This document shows positions 12,873 through 27,340 of a DNA stretch of 64,000 nucleotides, piece after piece. The notes below the pieces were generated by a model. The model did not search any database and was not told the origin of the DNA. It saw nothing but the letters and a program-made list of their open reading frames with translations. The DNA lies in contig MU057560.1 in NCBI GenBank assembly GCA_013265495.1, forward strand, positions 1,781,664-1,845,663. Direction: 5' to 3'. The stretch is from Vicugna vicugna (Eukaryota). The position numbers and the translations under genes were made by a program. The number at the start of each line of letters is the position of its first letter. The first letter of the stretch is position 1.

Positions 12873-13390
12873 TACACACATACACACAGAAAGAGAGAGA
12901 GAGAGAATCAACCAGAGGAAACTTCAGAATGTACGTGTCATTCGTTTCTCTACTAGACCCTTACTCCTAATTGCTTTTAGGGTAAAGACCAAAATCCCTT
13001 GAGTTTTCAGTCCCTCCAGCACACTGATCCCCAGTCCTGCTGTCAGGAATTCTCTCTGCTCACTCCTCCACTCTGTCAGATCTCAACTTGAAGGTCACTT
13101 CCTCCATGACCTTCCTACTTGACCATGCTGACCCTATGCCATCTTCATCTCACTCCATCATATTAATCGCAGATGCAGCCGGGCACCTATGAAGGTCCTC
13201 ATTCGATTGCTGTCTTCCGACCCCGCTCAACCAGGTGTGCATCCGAGGAGAGCCCATGGTACCCTCAGTGCTGAGCACAGCGCCTGGGACCCAAGAAAAG
13301 CTCAACACAGCCTTTAAATAAATATGTTTCAAAGAAACATATGGTAAACAAAACTTTTTTAAAAATAAATAAATGTTTGTGGATGGATGA
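12080..13390 (+). mobile_element. Degenerate L2 fragments interrupted by a compound (GATA/GACA/CA/GA) microsatellite at about 12810-12906
   Basis: caccaccctggtccaa..ccatcatc, tcagatctcaacttgaaggtcacttcctcc, cacagcgcctgg..aataaatgtttgt. Confidence 0.6.
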
Positions 13391-13439
13391 TAGGGTGAGT
13401 CACTCTGATTACAGGGTCACCACAAAAACTGCTTGGCTT

Positions 13440-13600
13440 GGCGGGAAGCGCATAGCTCGGGGTAGAGCGTGTGTTTAGCAGGCACGAGGTCCTCGGTTCA
13501 ATCCCCAGGACCTCCATAAAAAATAAATAAGTAAATAAATGAATAAAAATAAACCTAATTACCTCCCCACCCCAAAAACATTAATTAAAAAAAATTTTTA
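13440..13600 (+). mobile_element. Camelid tRNA-derived SINE (vic-1 type)
   Basis: A-box tagctcggggtagagcg, B-box ggttcaatcccc, A-rich tail with ctaattacctcccc; cttggctt repeated on both flanks. Confidence 0.85.
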
Positions 13601-14337
13601 AATACTTGGCTTCACCCATTAAATGTATGGCTCACTGTCCTGCCTTCATGTACAGCATACAATGAACTTGACTGAATCTGTTTAAGAACCCAGTATCGTC
13701 AAGTGAAGTTATCATTAATCTTTTCAAGCTCCCACCGTCCATTTTACCAACCTTGGAAAGCTCTGTATCTGCTCCTGAGCAAACCCACGGATTACCTACG
13801 TGCACGTAAAATGTGGTTCACGACTGTAGCCAGTGCATTCCCAGAGCCCAGCGAGGAACCCCCGTCCCCGTGTCCTAGGAGCGTCTTCCTAGACTCGAGT
13901 GTGACTGTGCAGGGAGCCCGGTGCCTTGGACTTGCTGACCCGAGGTCCTCCACGCCTCGGGAAGGGGCTGGTTGTTATGAATCCCGGAAGCAAACACACC
14001 GACCAGAAGGCCAGCCCGACCCGCCGCTGAAGGTGGCATCTGTGGGAAGTGCCAGGGCCTCCTGGAGCCTGGGGACTGGAGGTAACGTGAGAGTCGTAGC
14101 CTGCTGCTTGGCTCAGAACGGGGACGCAACGAGACTGGCTGTGATTTAAACCTGCTGGTTAGTTTTCACTCTAAATAACCCATTCCAGCCATCGCTTCAC
14201 CATTCATCATCTGTTAAGCTAAACAGCCTTCAAAGGAAGACATGAGAAAATTCCACTTTGCCAAAGAAAATGCAAACTAAAAGCAACTGTAAGAGGAAAA
14301 ACCATTTTCCCACACCCAGAAAAACTGTACAGACAGA

Positions 14338-14364
14338 TATGTGTGTGTGTGTGTGTGTGTGTGT
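14338..14364. repeat. (TG)n microsatellite
   Basis: Direct inspection. Confidence 0.95.
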
Positions 14365-15143
14365 ACATCTCTCTCCAGTTAAAGGAACCAGATGAAGAAA
14401 TTTTAACCATACGCAGAAATAAAAATGCAAAAGGAGGCAAGCTCCTCTCCAACAGTCTCCAAAACAGGACAAGCTGTGACAAAACGAGAAGGGGAAAAGG
14501 GGAGATAAAGAAAACATAGTATTATCATGGAAACGGTCAACTCCTGGGCTCCGTGGCTTTTCACGCGAGTGTGGAGAAAGGACCAGCGTGTCGGTGAGGA
14601 CGCAGGGCAGCAGGGCGTGGGGCTGAAGGCCCTGTGTGTGTGCTGTCTGATGGCACAGCGGTCCCAGGGCAGAGGGGCATTTCAGCAGCCTGGGAAGAGG
14701 CACCAGGGCTGTGTCGCAGCCGCTCCCCTGCACCAGCTGCCGTGGGGACCTGTGTTCCCACGTCCCTCCACCGGGGGTGGGGGGCAGTGGGGAGCTGCTG
14801 GTGCTGCTCCTCTGAGACAAGGCGCTTCTTCTCCTGACACTTAAAGAAACACCAGCAGCGGCATGACTTAAGTCATAGATCGTGGGATCCGTTACAAAAT
14901 AAAAAATAAAAATTTCTCAAAATAGCAAGTTGGGAATTATGCAGATCAGCCAGCCTCCACTCTGCAGAACGTCCACCATGAAAGGCAAGCTGCCTGGATC
15001 AGAGGGGACTGAAGGGACGTGATGCCAAGGGCAGTGCCTGATCTCAACTGGACTCTTCTAAGTCAGCCTTAAAGGACATTATTGGATTAAGTGGGAAATA
15101 TGTCATTAGATAGTTGTATTATAATAATGCTGCATTCTCCAGG

Positions 15144-15597
15144 TGTGATAGAGTCACGCTCTCCACCCTCATCTTCCCAAAGATTTTCAAATCTAGTCCT
15201 CGGAAGCTGTGAATACGCTGGGTCACATGGACGGGGAGTTAGGGCGGCAGGTGCTCAATCAGCTGACCTTAAGAGAGGCCACTTCCCGTGTTACCAGGTG
15301 GGTGATCTAATCACCAGGGTCCTTAGAAGGTGGGGGAGGGAGATGGGGAGGCAGCGTCAGGGCGACATGACATGGGGAGCACTCCATGGGCCATCTCTGG
15401 CTTTGAAGACGGAAGCACCACAAGCCAAGGGATGCCGGCAGCTTCCAGGAGGAGCGCAGCCCAGACGGCACGGTCATTGAGCCCAGCGAGACCCACTTCA
15501 GATTTCTGCCGTCCCGGGCTGGGAGGTAATAAATCCGTGTTGTTTTAAGCCGCTGAGAATGCGGCTACTTGTCACAACAGCAACAGAAACTAACACA
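15144..15597 (+). mobile_element. MLT1D-like MaLR LTR
   Basis: aatcagctgaccttaaga, ctggctttgaagacgga, aataaatccgtgttgttttaagcc, end cagcaacagaaactaacaca. Confidence 0.85.
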
Positions 15598-16499
15598 ACG
15601 AGTGTGACAACTTCACTGAGGCCACGCGGAAGGACACGCTTGTTCTTGGGGCATCTGCGTGGAAGCGCTTAGGGCCCGAATGCAGTGCTCTCCGCAGCTG
15701 CCCCACAAATGGCTCGACGACAACAAACACAGGGTCAGACACAAACAGGACGTGACAGTAGCAGGTCCGCCTCGGTGAAGGAGAGTGAGTGCTCCTTACG
15801 CCAGCAGCTTGCTTGGGGAGGGAGGGGGTGGCTCTAAGACTTTTCAGAAACAGTTGTGGGCACAGAAAGGACAAAGAAAGAGACAAGATTGCAAGGTCAC
15901 GTCAGAGTGCTGCCAGAAAGAGGATTTTAATCAATCAGCAAAGTCGACCATTGACAAAGAGAGAGAGAGAGGTGGTGTCCGCTGTGCATTTGAAGGTCCC
16001 AGACAATCTACACTGGGGCGGTGACCAGGCAGCCATGACCCCCTCCCCCTCCCCCAGCAGAAATCAAAAGTTTTGTTCTCTGAAGAGAACGGAAGATCTT
16101 GTGCCGGGAGCGCCAGTCAGACCCAAGGGTGAAAATGCCGCACAGACCGAGGCGCCGTGCTGTCCGCCGGAAGTTGTCACGACATCGTGAGCTGACTACA
16201 CTTTGATAAATACGCACATATATAAAGACAGCACCACACAGAAGCCGGACAGCAGGGGCAGGGGAGCTTGTCTGCTGGGGCCCAGCCCCGCCTTCTCCCC
16301 GGCCTGGCCCCTGGGACCCCAGCAGCAGGCTGCAGGCACCCGCGCTGAAGAGTCTGCGCGGCCGAGGGAGAGCTCACAAGGCTTTGACGCAGGTGGGGTC
16401 CCTCGCAGCTGACCATCAGACCACCCATCAGTGAGGGCCACCCCGGAGCACAGAGCTTTCAGTCATCAACTTCGTGCTACACTCTGACATTTGAGAACT

Positions 16500-16750
16500 A
16501 TTTTTATATGAAAGACAGGGTCCAAAATAATGCAAACACTAGGAGCGTCCCTATGGCTTTATCAACAGCATCAGAGACCATGAAAAGATAGTGCATCCAT
16601 AAACCAGACATTAAAGAAATTTTTAAAGGACTATGTGGAGAACAAAAGATCTGGAAAATAAAACTATTTGGAAAACAAAAAGTAGCTCTTAGAAATTAAT
16701 AGTATGAAAGCAGAAAAAAATTTAATCCAATGAAAGAGTTGGAAAACAGT
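16500..16750 (+). mobile_element. Ancient L1M/HAL1-type ORF1 fragment
   Basis: A-rich gagctcttagaaatt..atgaaagcagaaa..gagttggaaaa pattern. Confidence 0.4.
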
Positions 16751-17185
16751 GCAGAAACCCTGCAGCTGGGAGCGCCCGTGGCTCTCCACCTTCCTGTTTC
16801 CATGGTGACCAGCCACCTGTCTATCAGCCTGTTTCAATATGACCCCAGTCAAAACACTCTGGCCAGGGGCTCAGAGTTACTGGGAACCAGGGGTCTACGA
16901 CCGTGGCCCTGGCTTCAGCCAGCACAAGAAGCATAAGTCCACGTAAGGACCAAGCTCAAGGTGACAGATGAAGTGTGAAAACCAGACCCAAAGTTCAGCA
17001 GGAGAACAGAGGAGACGCTGGGGGAGGGCACTGGGGACCAGCCCACAAAGCTAGGGACACACAGACACGGGAGTCCGAGGGTCAGCGGCGTCCTGCCGCC
17101 AGCCCCACGAGCGGAGCAGGGAAAGCTGAGGCTGCCAGCTTCCTCCGCGTCTGGGCCCATCTCTGGTCTGACCCATTCTGTGCTG

Positions 17186-17463
17186 AGAAACAGACCCACA
17201 GACATAGAAAGCAAACTTATGGTTACCAGAGGGGAAAAGGGTTGGGGGAGAGGGATAAATTAGGAGTTTGGGATGAGCAGGTACAAACTACTGTATACAA
17301 AATAGACCAACAACGAGGTCCTACTGTAGAGCACAGGGAACTCTATTCAATAGCTCGTAATAACTTATAATGAAAAAGAACATATATGCATAACTGTGCT
17401 GCACACCACGAGTTAGCACAGCGCTGTAAGCCCCTCTACTCCAGTATAAACTAATTATTAAAA
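17186..17463 (+). mobile_element. L1 3'UTR fragment
   Basis: cagacatagaaagcaaacttatggttacc..gggataaattaggagtttggga..gcacagggaact. Confidence 0.9.
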
Positions 17464-20400
17464 GTCAGCTTGATTGCAGCCGCTTTCACACCAAGGTTAC
17501 AGGACTTTTAAAAACACCACCACCGAACTTTTCCCAAAAAGCAAGGGATACCAAACATGTCTCCACTCTAACCTTATTCCAGTCCGAGTTCACTGTCCGG
17601 GACCCTCCGCCCAGGGGCGTGGTTTTCCTTTTCACTGCCGTCCACTCAGACACACGCGCTGCCCTAGCTTCTGTGCCGAGTCCCTCCCAGGCCCGTGGAA
17701 GGCCCGCGGGCGCGGACAGAGGCGAGGCGCTGGTGTCAGCTTCACTCCCACCCCCGCCCCCGCCGGCGGTGGGTCTGGGGCGCTGCAGACTCCAACCTCC
17801 CCGCGCCAGCCCCCACGGCAGCCCCACGGGGCAATCCAACTCAGCTCCCCCAGAAACCACAGGAATGAAGGGAAAGCTACCGAATGACACGGCTGGGACA
17901 CGTGACGGAACGGGTTCCATGAAGCGAGGCTTGTCATCCAGGTGCCACCTGCAGTCACCAGCTCAGGGCCACTTCTGTTAGAGGTGCTGGTCCCCAAGCG
18001 CCTGGGATGGTGAGACTTACGTAAAGGGGGAAAGTCGCATTTTCTTCTCAGAACTGTGCCACCTGGGTATATAGGAGAGGGAAACCGGGTCGGCAGCAGA
18101 CACGGCGGACGCACACACACCGGCGAGAGCCGACCGCAGGACAGGTTTGCGACAGTTGGAGATTCCCATTCCTTTAAAATTTCACTAGTGGCCTTGACAA
18201 CTGTGCTTATAAGACTCAAAGGCGCTAATGCAGAGTAACATTTTTAATTCCATAAACAAGGTATAAGCGAGGTTGGAGAAACTGAAGGGAGAGGGTGGAG
18301 CCCCCGGTGCCGAGTGATTTGCTGTTCACACCATTACAGACAGGACATTAAACTACGTAACGAGGTTTTTAGCTGATTTTTCAAACTGGTGTTCCAACGC
18401 TTAGATGTTAAGAAGTGGCTAATTTCGCGGGTGCATCTCCCTCACTGCCAATACCCAGAATGACTGGATTAGGAAATAATTTCCAGTGCTAAACTCCCTC
18501 CCTGTTCCTCTTCCTCATGCCTTACAGAAAGCTCCCGCCCTCTGGGTCCCAGCCGAGACCCTGAGGACAGTGCACAATTTGGTCCCAAAAGCGTCTAAGA
18601 TGTCAGCACTGAAGGTGCCACGTTTTAATATGATGGAAACAGTGAGATAAACAAAATCGACCTAAAAGCTGCTTGAGACACATGGCTTCTGGAGCTCCAG
18701 GGTCAGGCGGAGCAGAGAGCGGACCTTGCCTCTGCCCACCGTCCATGATTACCTTCCAGAGTCCCAGTCTAGCTTTCTCAGGGGTAATAACCCAAGCCCG
18801 GAGTTTCCGGCGTGCCTTGGTGTGCAGATTTGCTGTCCTGTCTTTTTCCAGAGTCCTCACACTTGAGTGCACGTAAATTCAGTCTTGGTGGAGGTCAGAC
18901 TCTCATTAAGTCACCTGACCAGGCTAGAAAATGGCTCTCTAAGAAAGGGTGGAGGAAAAAAATGTTCCCCCTGTTCATAAACAGAATTACCAGCATAACC
19001 TGTATCAGGGGAGTCAGATCAAAGAACATAGTAACTCAACACCGACCCTACAATTAATATCCAAGTTCTCCCAAAATTCCAAGGAGATGGGTACAAAGTA
19101 AGTTAAAATACGTCCTAAAACTAAATTTGTCTTTCAGCTACAATTTAGACGTGCTTGTAAAACCATGAGCTGGCAGCCGCTGTCCTGATGAACCTTGAAA
19201 CTCGGGACAGACTTCACGTCACGTGGGGAAAGGACGAGACTGAATCTCAAAGTGCTCATGGCCTGTGATGTACCCTCTACAAAGACACCGAAGAGGCAAA
19301 TATTCCACGCCTTCTCGCCAAGGTCGCCCTATTGATCGAGCAGGAAAGGGCATTCTGGAAGGCAACACATTTCCAAAACTTAGCACGACGCAGATGCACC
19401 TTTAATGCTTTTAAGAAACGTCTTCGGCAGATGGAGCATCAGTCTGAAGAGATTTGTAAAAACCAGCTCAGGTTGGGAAGAGAGGCTGCTGCTTAGACAA
19501 AGCACGGCTTCCCTCCAGCACTGTGATCCTGCCTCAGAGGAAAGGAGGAAGGAAAGGAAAAGGAAGGGGCCAAGATTTCTCTGTGGGTTAGAAAGTCACT
19601 GTGCCTTGAAGGGGCACTGGGCGCCCGCGGGGACCTTAGCATCAGGATGATGGCGGAGCCAGAGGTCACACGGCTACTGGGGAGGCCATGGCTTTGAACG
19701 CACCACCTCCATTTGTAAACAGCCGTGGGATTGCGTGAGAAGAATGGAAGCTCATTTATGTTTTAAGAAATGTGACTGTGCCGTGTACTAGGAGGAGAGG
19801 GGCTCTGAAAGGCAAGGGGAGGCCGGTCACTGACACCGACGTGCGGGGTCCCCGCGCAGCGAGGATGTTCCTGGCGGGGCCGCTGGGGGAGCATGGGGAG
19901 GGCTCCAGGCCCCCCACTCCAGAGAACTGCCTGGGGCACATTAAGCCCCCTTCCAGGGTGGCTTTCCCAAAGCGGGCGAGCTCAGAGGTGGAGTGTGTTA
20001 CGAGGGCTTGCTGCTTGCTTTGTGATTCAGGTTTTTACACTAAATAGCAAATTTCTAGTGTGAGAGAAGGTTCTGGTTTTCCACGTTCACCTCAAGGCTC
20101 GTTTCCCCGATCAGTCCTGCTTACCGATGTCTCCTGGGGATTTCAGCCGCGGTCTGTAAGGCTATGTGGTAAGACCAGTCCCGTTGCTGGGGGCACTGTG
20201 CTCAGGTGAAACTGCTCAGAAAAGTCCCAGATGCCATCCCATCAAACACCACGTGGAAATCTGCCAGCAAACGTCCTGCGTGGCCACTTCGATGGCGTCC
20301 CATCACCATATGGCATTGCCCCGACTCTTTCAGAGAAGTTTGGGCTGAAGACCTATGTGTGTGTTACTCTACTGAACTGCTCAAATCTTTAAACTTCTTT

Positions 20401-23400
20401 TCTGCCAACATTTAGCACCTAACACACACCAGGAACATTGCTAAGAGCTGCAGGCATCACAGGGAGAATGTAGTCCCTTTGCCTGTAAGGCGTTTACCGT
20501 ATTCTGGACCAGTAGGTCCTGGAGCCACAGCCTCGCTCGAACAGGTCTTCAGAGTCCAGAGTATCTCCAAGCCCCGACTGGACATCAGGATAAACTCCAG
20601 AAAGTTCAAGCCACAGAACAGTGCAAGTCAACGCACCAATGAAGGGGCACCCCCGCTCTCGGTCAGTCACAATTCTTCCTGCTAGTGTTTTGTTTTCTTT
20701 GACCCGGAATTCTAAGGCAAGGTGTTAACAGTTAGTCCAAGAAACTCAAGCACTCTTATTTTTACCTTGAAATTTCTAAAACTTCTGTAATGGGTATGAG
20801 GCAAGGAATTCTGACGTGGGGCCCGGTAACACCCGGGAGAGTGGACTGTCTGCGAAGGAGGGGAGCAGGTGGGGAGCGAGGACAGAGGCTCTCCCGCTGG
20901 TCAGCCCTCCCGGCCCCCGCCCTCCGGCCAGGCTACGCCCCTGGCTGAGCAGTCTCCCCCAGCCAGAAGCAGCCCTGCTGGGGAGCGCTGAGCTCTGCAC
21001 ACGACGACGCTGGTTAAGTTCCGTCCACGTAGCCTGCCTCCTCTGCCGCTGCTGGTTCTTCCCTGGGACTCTCCAGCCTGCCCCCTCCATCCCCCGCTTC
21101 CTCCACCCTGGCGATGTGACCCGTCCTCACATCGCGGAGTTACTGGCGCTCTTTCCCAGTCTGCTCTCTTACCCTCTCGATGCAGTCCGCACCTGCCACC
21201 CGTGTGCACACCTGCATCTCCATGCGACGCCCACCACCACACACCCGCATGCTGGAGCTCCCTTCTGTTACAGATCAGCTCCCGTTTCTATGTGTGTGTA
21301 AATATGCCTCAACTTTTCTTCCTAATTTTTCCTGCCTCCTCACGTTAACTGAGAAAAGCAGAATCCCCTAGCAGAACATGTGCTGATGGTGGCTTTGTAG
21401 AGCACCACGCAGCCGTCCCTGACAAACTGCTTCCTAAAACTCAAGTGATGGAAAGTAAAAGTCATGAAGGACCAGTCCGGGTCTTCATGCCCCAGAAGGG
21501 CCCTCCCTCCCTCCCAGGAGTCGTCCTCACTCGGCTGCTTGCATGGGAACTGTCTGGGACCCTCCACGCAGAGTGACTGGCCTCACGGCCTTCCTAGTGT
21601 TCCTCCAGCCCTGCTCAGGAGAAGACGGGGCCGCCTGCCCTCGGCTCCAGCGAGGAGGACAGGCCAATTCCAGGGGCGTCCAGACGCAGCAGAACCCGCA
21701 TGTCAGCTGAGGGCAGGGCCTGTGGGAGGACCCAGAGCACGCGCTCCCAGGATGGAAATGTTCTCCATCCACGAGAATGCTCTTTGTGGGTGATGAGAAA
21801 TTCAGGGTGTCCTCACTTGGCATCATCCTGACACATTATGCATAGCTTGTTTGGCCTTGAAGGCTCCAGAACATAGAATATTCTCCAGAGCATTCCTGGG
21901 TAGGGGTTTTCATTAAAAGGAGTATGAATACCAGGGACCCCCAAGAATAGTGTGCAGGCATTTATGCTGGTGTTTGGGGCCCCAGATTATCTCAACTTGC
22001 TCTCACGTACATCCGCGCTTTCCTGACATTCAGTGTCGAGCTTGTGGGTGTTCCACAGGTGAGGGCAGTGGCAGAAGTGCAGCTGGGTCAGGACTCGGAA
22101 GCAGGTGACAAGTGCTGGCTCCCCCAGGAGAGGAGGGGACGCCAGAAATCACATCCAGGAAGGGGTCGGGCAGACTGGAGGTGGGGGCAGTGACGGCAGC
22201 TGGCTCCCGAGTGGGCCCAGGTAAAACCTGGGCTGGAGCCCCCACTAACACAGCAGCTGCTGGCCGGCTACAGGCCCAGTGTGGGGCAGAGGCTGCCCCG
22301 CCAGGGTGGCTCTGATTCCCCCAGTAGAGGTTTATCTGAACCAGACAAGTGGCCGTCACCCCTGTGGCCGGGCGACAGCAGGCACTGACGGCGAGCTCAT
22401 CAGGAGGAGGAGCACAGCCCGGACCACAGGCTGGCCAGGTCCTCCCTCTGCGGGTCAAACAGGACACGACAGGATCAAAGGGATTCGGGCTCAAGAAGAC
22501 TGACTGGGATCTGTCCCCGACCTTCCCTGAGGGCATCTCGGACGATGACAGCAAGTCACCAGCTGGGCTCTGCCTGCCCCTCTCCTGCTCTTCACCACAA
22601 AGTCAGCCTTTTCTGGGAGCCTCTAACTGCCAGGACAGACCCTGTCACTTCCAGCCCAAACTGGGCCAGGAGGGCAGCGGGCCAGCACGATGTCCCCGCC
22701 CAGGTGAAGGCCCAGAGGACATACACCGGCAGCACTGGAGGTGGCTTTCCCGGGGCAACGCGGCTCCGTCTGAGCATCTCCTGCAGCTGCAGAGCGAGGG
22801 GAGCAGCGTCCTCTCCGGCCTCCACGGTCCCCAGAGCAGCAGCGAGCGGTCCTCACGTTCCTCAGCCCCAGGGGCCGCAGTGCGGGCTGGCAGCCAGAGC
22901 TCACAGCGGGGTGTCTCTGCACCCACACAGCCTGTTCGCTGAAGCAGGCTTTCTCCCCCCAGTTTGGAACGCCGTTCCCTACGTAGTCCCACCAGGGACA
23001 GAAGTTCGCTGCTTCCTGCACGGCAAGGCCCTGTCCTCACTGACGTCACCTCACTTGGCATCCACGTCTCCGGGACTTTACCTGAAGGTCCGCTTCCAAT
23101 CACGCCTGGCTCTCTGTATTCCCACCTTCCGCCAACGCTCACTTTTCTCAGGGCTCGAGAACACACCCCAAACCCGCTTTCTTACTTTAAACAGGAAAAG
23201 GAGAAATACGTACCATGAAATATCACTACCTCCCCTGTGTGTCGTTTCACCTCCTCAAGTCTACCGAAGGCCTCAGAAACTGCAGGTCGCCACCCCCTAA
23301 TTCACTCCTCCAGCTGCGGTATCTGTTTGTGCCTGAGAATCTTAATGTTTACTTGCTTGCTGTTGTGCGCCCTGCATTCCAGGAGAACGGGCTCTGAGGT

Positions 23401-24234
23401 TCCGAAACAAGATAAAAATCAAGGTTCCTAGAATGTTTATTAAGGTCATCTTCTTATAGCTCTCACGTTCCTGCACCTTTATTTTTCATCTCTCTCTCCA
23501 AAATACCCTTGGAACCTTTTCTAGGTAACAGCCTTCCCTCCATGTGATCACTGCTCATTTATGGTCATTTAATGAAGAAATACTTCCTCTTTCCAGGATG
23601 TTATCTACAATTGTGTTTAAAAAAAGTAATACTCAACATGCTTCAAAAATAACAAGCTCCCACGGGCCGAGTCCTGCGGTGAGACGCATGACCCTTGCTC
23701 AGTGAACAGGAGGGACACGTCGGGCTCTAAGCAGAACATTCTCCCAGCGAACTGCACCCTGGGTGAGCGCCGTGGCGTTTAGCACACTCCACCAAATGGG
23801 AACAATCAGCCTAAGGCTCTCTGGTTGGTGTGACTGTAAGAGAAGGAATTTCCCCTGATTTCTTGCCATTTCTTTCTTTATTCCATAATCATCCTTCATT
23901 TAAGAACAAAAGAAATCTGAAGGGCTTTCAAAACAGAATCAGCCACCAATGGTCAGGTGGTGGGGTTTCCACGGACAGATGACACTTCCTGCCCCAACGA
24001 CTCTGACTGGTCAGGAGGACGGAGGGAAGGGGGCATGAGCTGCGTGTGAACACACGTTAAGAGCCCTTCCTTTGTGCAAGGAAGTGTGGGGTCACTCAAG
24101 GAGCAAGAAGTTCCGTCTGCAGACGACTCACACCTTCATACCGGCCCTCACCCTGCCTCCACAGGCAGGGCAGAAATACGAGGTAGAGTTCAGGGCGGAT
24201 TTTTTTTTTAATAGTAAATGTGCACAGTTCTACA

Positions 24235-24371
24235 CGATCAGGTCCGCAGTTGGTTGAATCCACAAATTTGGTACCTCAGATACGGAGGGCTGGTGACTAT
24301 AAATCATACACGAATTTCCACTGAGCGGAGGGTCGGTCCCCTAAGCCCCTCATTGTTCTAAGGTCAGTCGT
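24235..24371. mobile_element. TcMar-Tigger fragment
   Basis: cagttggttgaatccac..tacggagggc..ttgttctaaggtca. Confidence 0.65.
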
Positions 24372-26924
24372 GTTTGTTGATGTGTGGTCCAGCCTACAGA
24401 ATAATTCGTGTTTAAAGACGAAAACGCTTTCTGATTCGGGGCTGATTCCCCAAAGCTGGCCACTGCCTGGCACCGGGGGCACTGAGTGGACCAGCTGTGC
24501 GAATGAACAGCTAAATGAAGGAGTGTGGCACTCGGTAACCAACAGGACACTGGGACCCCTTTACAACAAACAACTCCTGTGTCAGGACAGGGATTTGAAC
24601 CAAAGTAAATGCTGAGATAAACCTCATCAAACTGTGTTCCCTGACTTAAGCTGGGTCACGCCCAGGTTTACTTTGCAAAGATTTCCATTTTTAGGACTCA
24701 GACGCACAGTACCTAAGTCCCAGGTCCCCACTCTCTTCTGTCACCAGAACTAGGGGATCGGGGTGATTAAGGTCCAACGGTGTTGTGAGCTTTTGCGGTG
24801 ATTGTAAAATCAAATTAGACGCATCTATAAGAATGTTTTCTATGCTGGATGCTGGGGTAAACTGACAGGCATACAGCTCATCGTGTTGAAGCAGCTGAGG
24901 AAAACCCACGGGAGAGAAGTGACACAATATAAAACAGAGCTGGGACTCGCAATGGTGGGCAGTTTATTTTCCTCACGCCACGCGGGATCACGGGGAAGGT
25001 GATGTCATTGCTCTATTATTTATAACCGCTGGGACTCAGCCAGATGCGACTTGGCCGAGGTAACTGGATTTCAGACCATCTGTCTTCCGCTTTCATCATT
25101 AATCATTCCTCCAGCCAAACACGGAGGCTTTGGAAATGCAGGTCCCACCCGCAGCTGCTGTGTGCGTGGAGACTTCCTGCCACACAGCACGTGTGCATGC
25201 GCAGCACTTGGGCCAGGGTGGGGTGCACACATGGGCTGCAGACTGCTAGCACCAGAAGGAACGTGGGGTCGCCCGGCCGCCCCCTCACTTCCCGTGAGAA
25301 GAGGGCAGCTCGACGTCAGGGCCAAGGAGGTGTGAGCCTCGGGCCAGGCTCCTCATCTCCCAAAAGTAGGCCTCTGGCGAGTAATGCAGATGCTCCCCAC
25401 CTGTGTCCTCATCTGCAGAATCCTCACCCTCACCCTCCTCCTCATCACCGTGGCACCTCCCTTCTGACAGGTGCACTGCTGAGATGGAGACACCCCTCCA
25501 TGGACGCTGGCTCGGCCACTCAGCCTCCACGACACTGGGGCTTCCTGCCATGATGTCCAAAACAGCCACTCACCTCCAAAGAGCATGACTTCTGAGGGCC
25601 ATCGTAACACTGCATGGCCCAGGACGGCAGCTGCTGGCCACACGTCGCTGTCAAGTCCTTGAAACAGGCTCCTCCAGACGACACGTGCTATAAACGTGAC
25701 ATGCACGGAGCCTGCCATCAGGTGTCTCGCTCATATTTTACGTTGATTGCATGTGAAAGTGATCATATTTTGGTATACGAGGGTTGCTGGGAGTCAGTGT
25801 GCGAAGAGAGGGGGGCCAGCACCCCTCAACTTCCTGACTCTCCCTCGCGCCCCCTGCCCCTCCTCATGACTAGAGGTCAGTTAAGAAAAGGACTCTGTCT
25901 GTCACAGCCAATCAGCCTGTGTCTTGTCTTGCAGAGAAGCAGGATGCATCAGTGTGATTGTGAGCGAATGGTTTTCTTATTTTAAACTAAAACCGAGGGC
26001 AGCTGCAAGGACTCCGTGCTGTCCCGTGATGTTGGTTATTAATTATGTGCACTCGGATACTTCCACATATAAATCACCCCTTTTGTGGATTATCCACAAA
26101 AAAAGACCAATTCCAAACTTCCTGCCGACCACCGTCTCTGGCAACAATACAGCTAGAGTCTGGTGTGTCTCCTTTACCTGAGTTGATGTGCACTCAGGAG
26201 ACACAAGCGGGCAATAAAGCAGGCTACAGCGACGGCTTGTCACAGAACCAAGATGCCACCAGGAGGGGATTCAACAGATGCGTCCAAGTGCTCGCTCGCC
26301 CGCCCGGCAGCGGCTCGGGGCCCCAGACAGCAGCGGGCGGCACACATGCGGCGCCCACGGTTCTCCTTGTCTCAGCCACACAAAGCACACTTACAAATAC
26401 AGGATTTGGGGCTCCTGAGGGAGAGAGCCCTTACTTTCATCTTTCACGTGTGATCACGTTTATCTAGAATTCAAACGGGGTCTTAGAAAGCCTGGTGTAG
26501 CAGTCCCCAGTGATGTCCTCAGGTGTCAGAGGTGCTGGAACCACGTCGCTGGCCCGAGACGGCCGCGTGCACAGCCTGCTGGGGCACCACGGCCGCTGCC
26601 GCCAGCAGAACCGCGGCGAAAACAAGGGCGATGCCGGGCCGTCGGCATTTCCGGCTTCTTGGCACCCAGGACCTCAGCAGGGTCCCATGCAAACTCTGTC
26701 CCAGGATGCATCTGTGTGGACGGAGCACTCCCGGGGCCCAGAGGCCAGGCTCACGGGGGAAAGCAAGTGCCTGTGTGTGATGCCCTGCCCTTGCCCCGCA
26801 CATCAATCAAGGGTTGTTTGGCAACGGCCTTTGTTAACAAAATTTACTAAGCTGCAGGAGAATCTTAGAGAAAAATAACTCCCTCATTTTTCAAGTGAGT
26901 TGACTCCCAGATTTCAGTTGGGTG

Positions 26925-27340
26925 AAGAAGGTTGCCGGGGTTCAGAACAGGCCTCCCCAAGGTGTGTCTCTCTGGCAGGAGGATTATTTGGAACAGAAGG
27001 TAATCGAGACTCTGCAGGTTCAAGAGAAACTACGGCCCCTCCCTAACTGTCTAGAAGAATTTAAATTGGGGATTTTTCCCAGAAAAAGAGTTACCACTGA
27101 AGATAAATTTTTGCCAAGTGGCCCCATCAACGTGGCGGGGCAAACATCTAATTATGCGACCCCTCTTCCTCTTCTCGCCGTCCTGTGAACAGCCGCCGTG
27201 ACCTTGGAAGCCCCAGGCCCAACCCATTCCCCAGCTCAGGTTGGTGTACACCCCCCACCTTACCTTTCTGTCCCTGAGCCTCTCAGGTAGGTGAGGTTCC
27301 CGTCCATGCGACGTTAAGTGTGATCTTAACCTGTCCCAAG
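26925..27340 (+). mobile_element. MER34-like ERV1 LTR
   Basis: ggggttcagaac..ccccaaggtgtgtctctctggca..ggattattt..ccctaactg. Confidence 0.6.

Noticed and set aside
13440..13515. tRNA gene
   Set aside because: A and B boxes are followed by an A-rich tail and TSD, which marks a SINE head rather than a tRNA.
22030..23300. Cluster of 170-250 aa ORFs
   Set aside because: GC-rich, overlapping on both strands, with no splice structure or motif.
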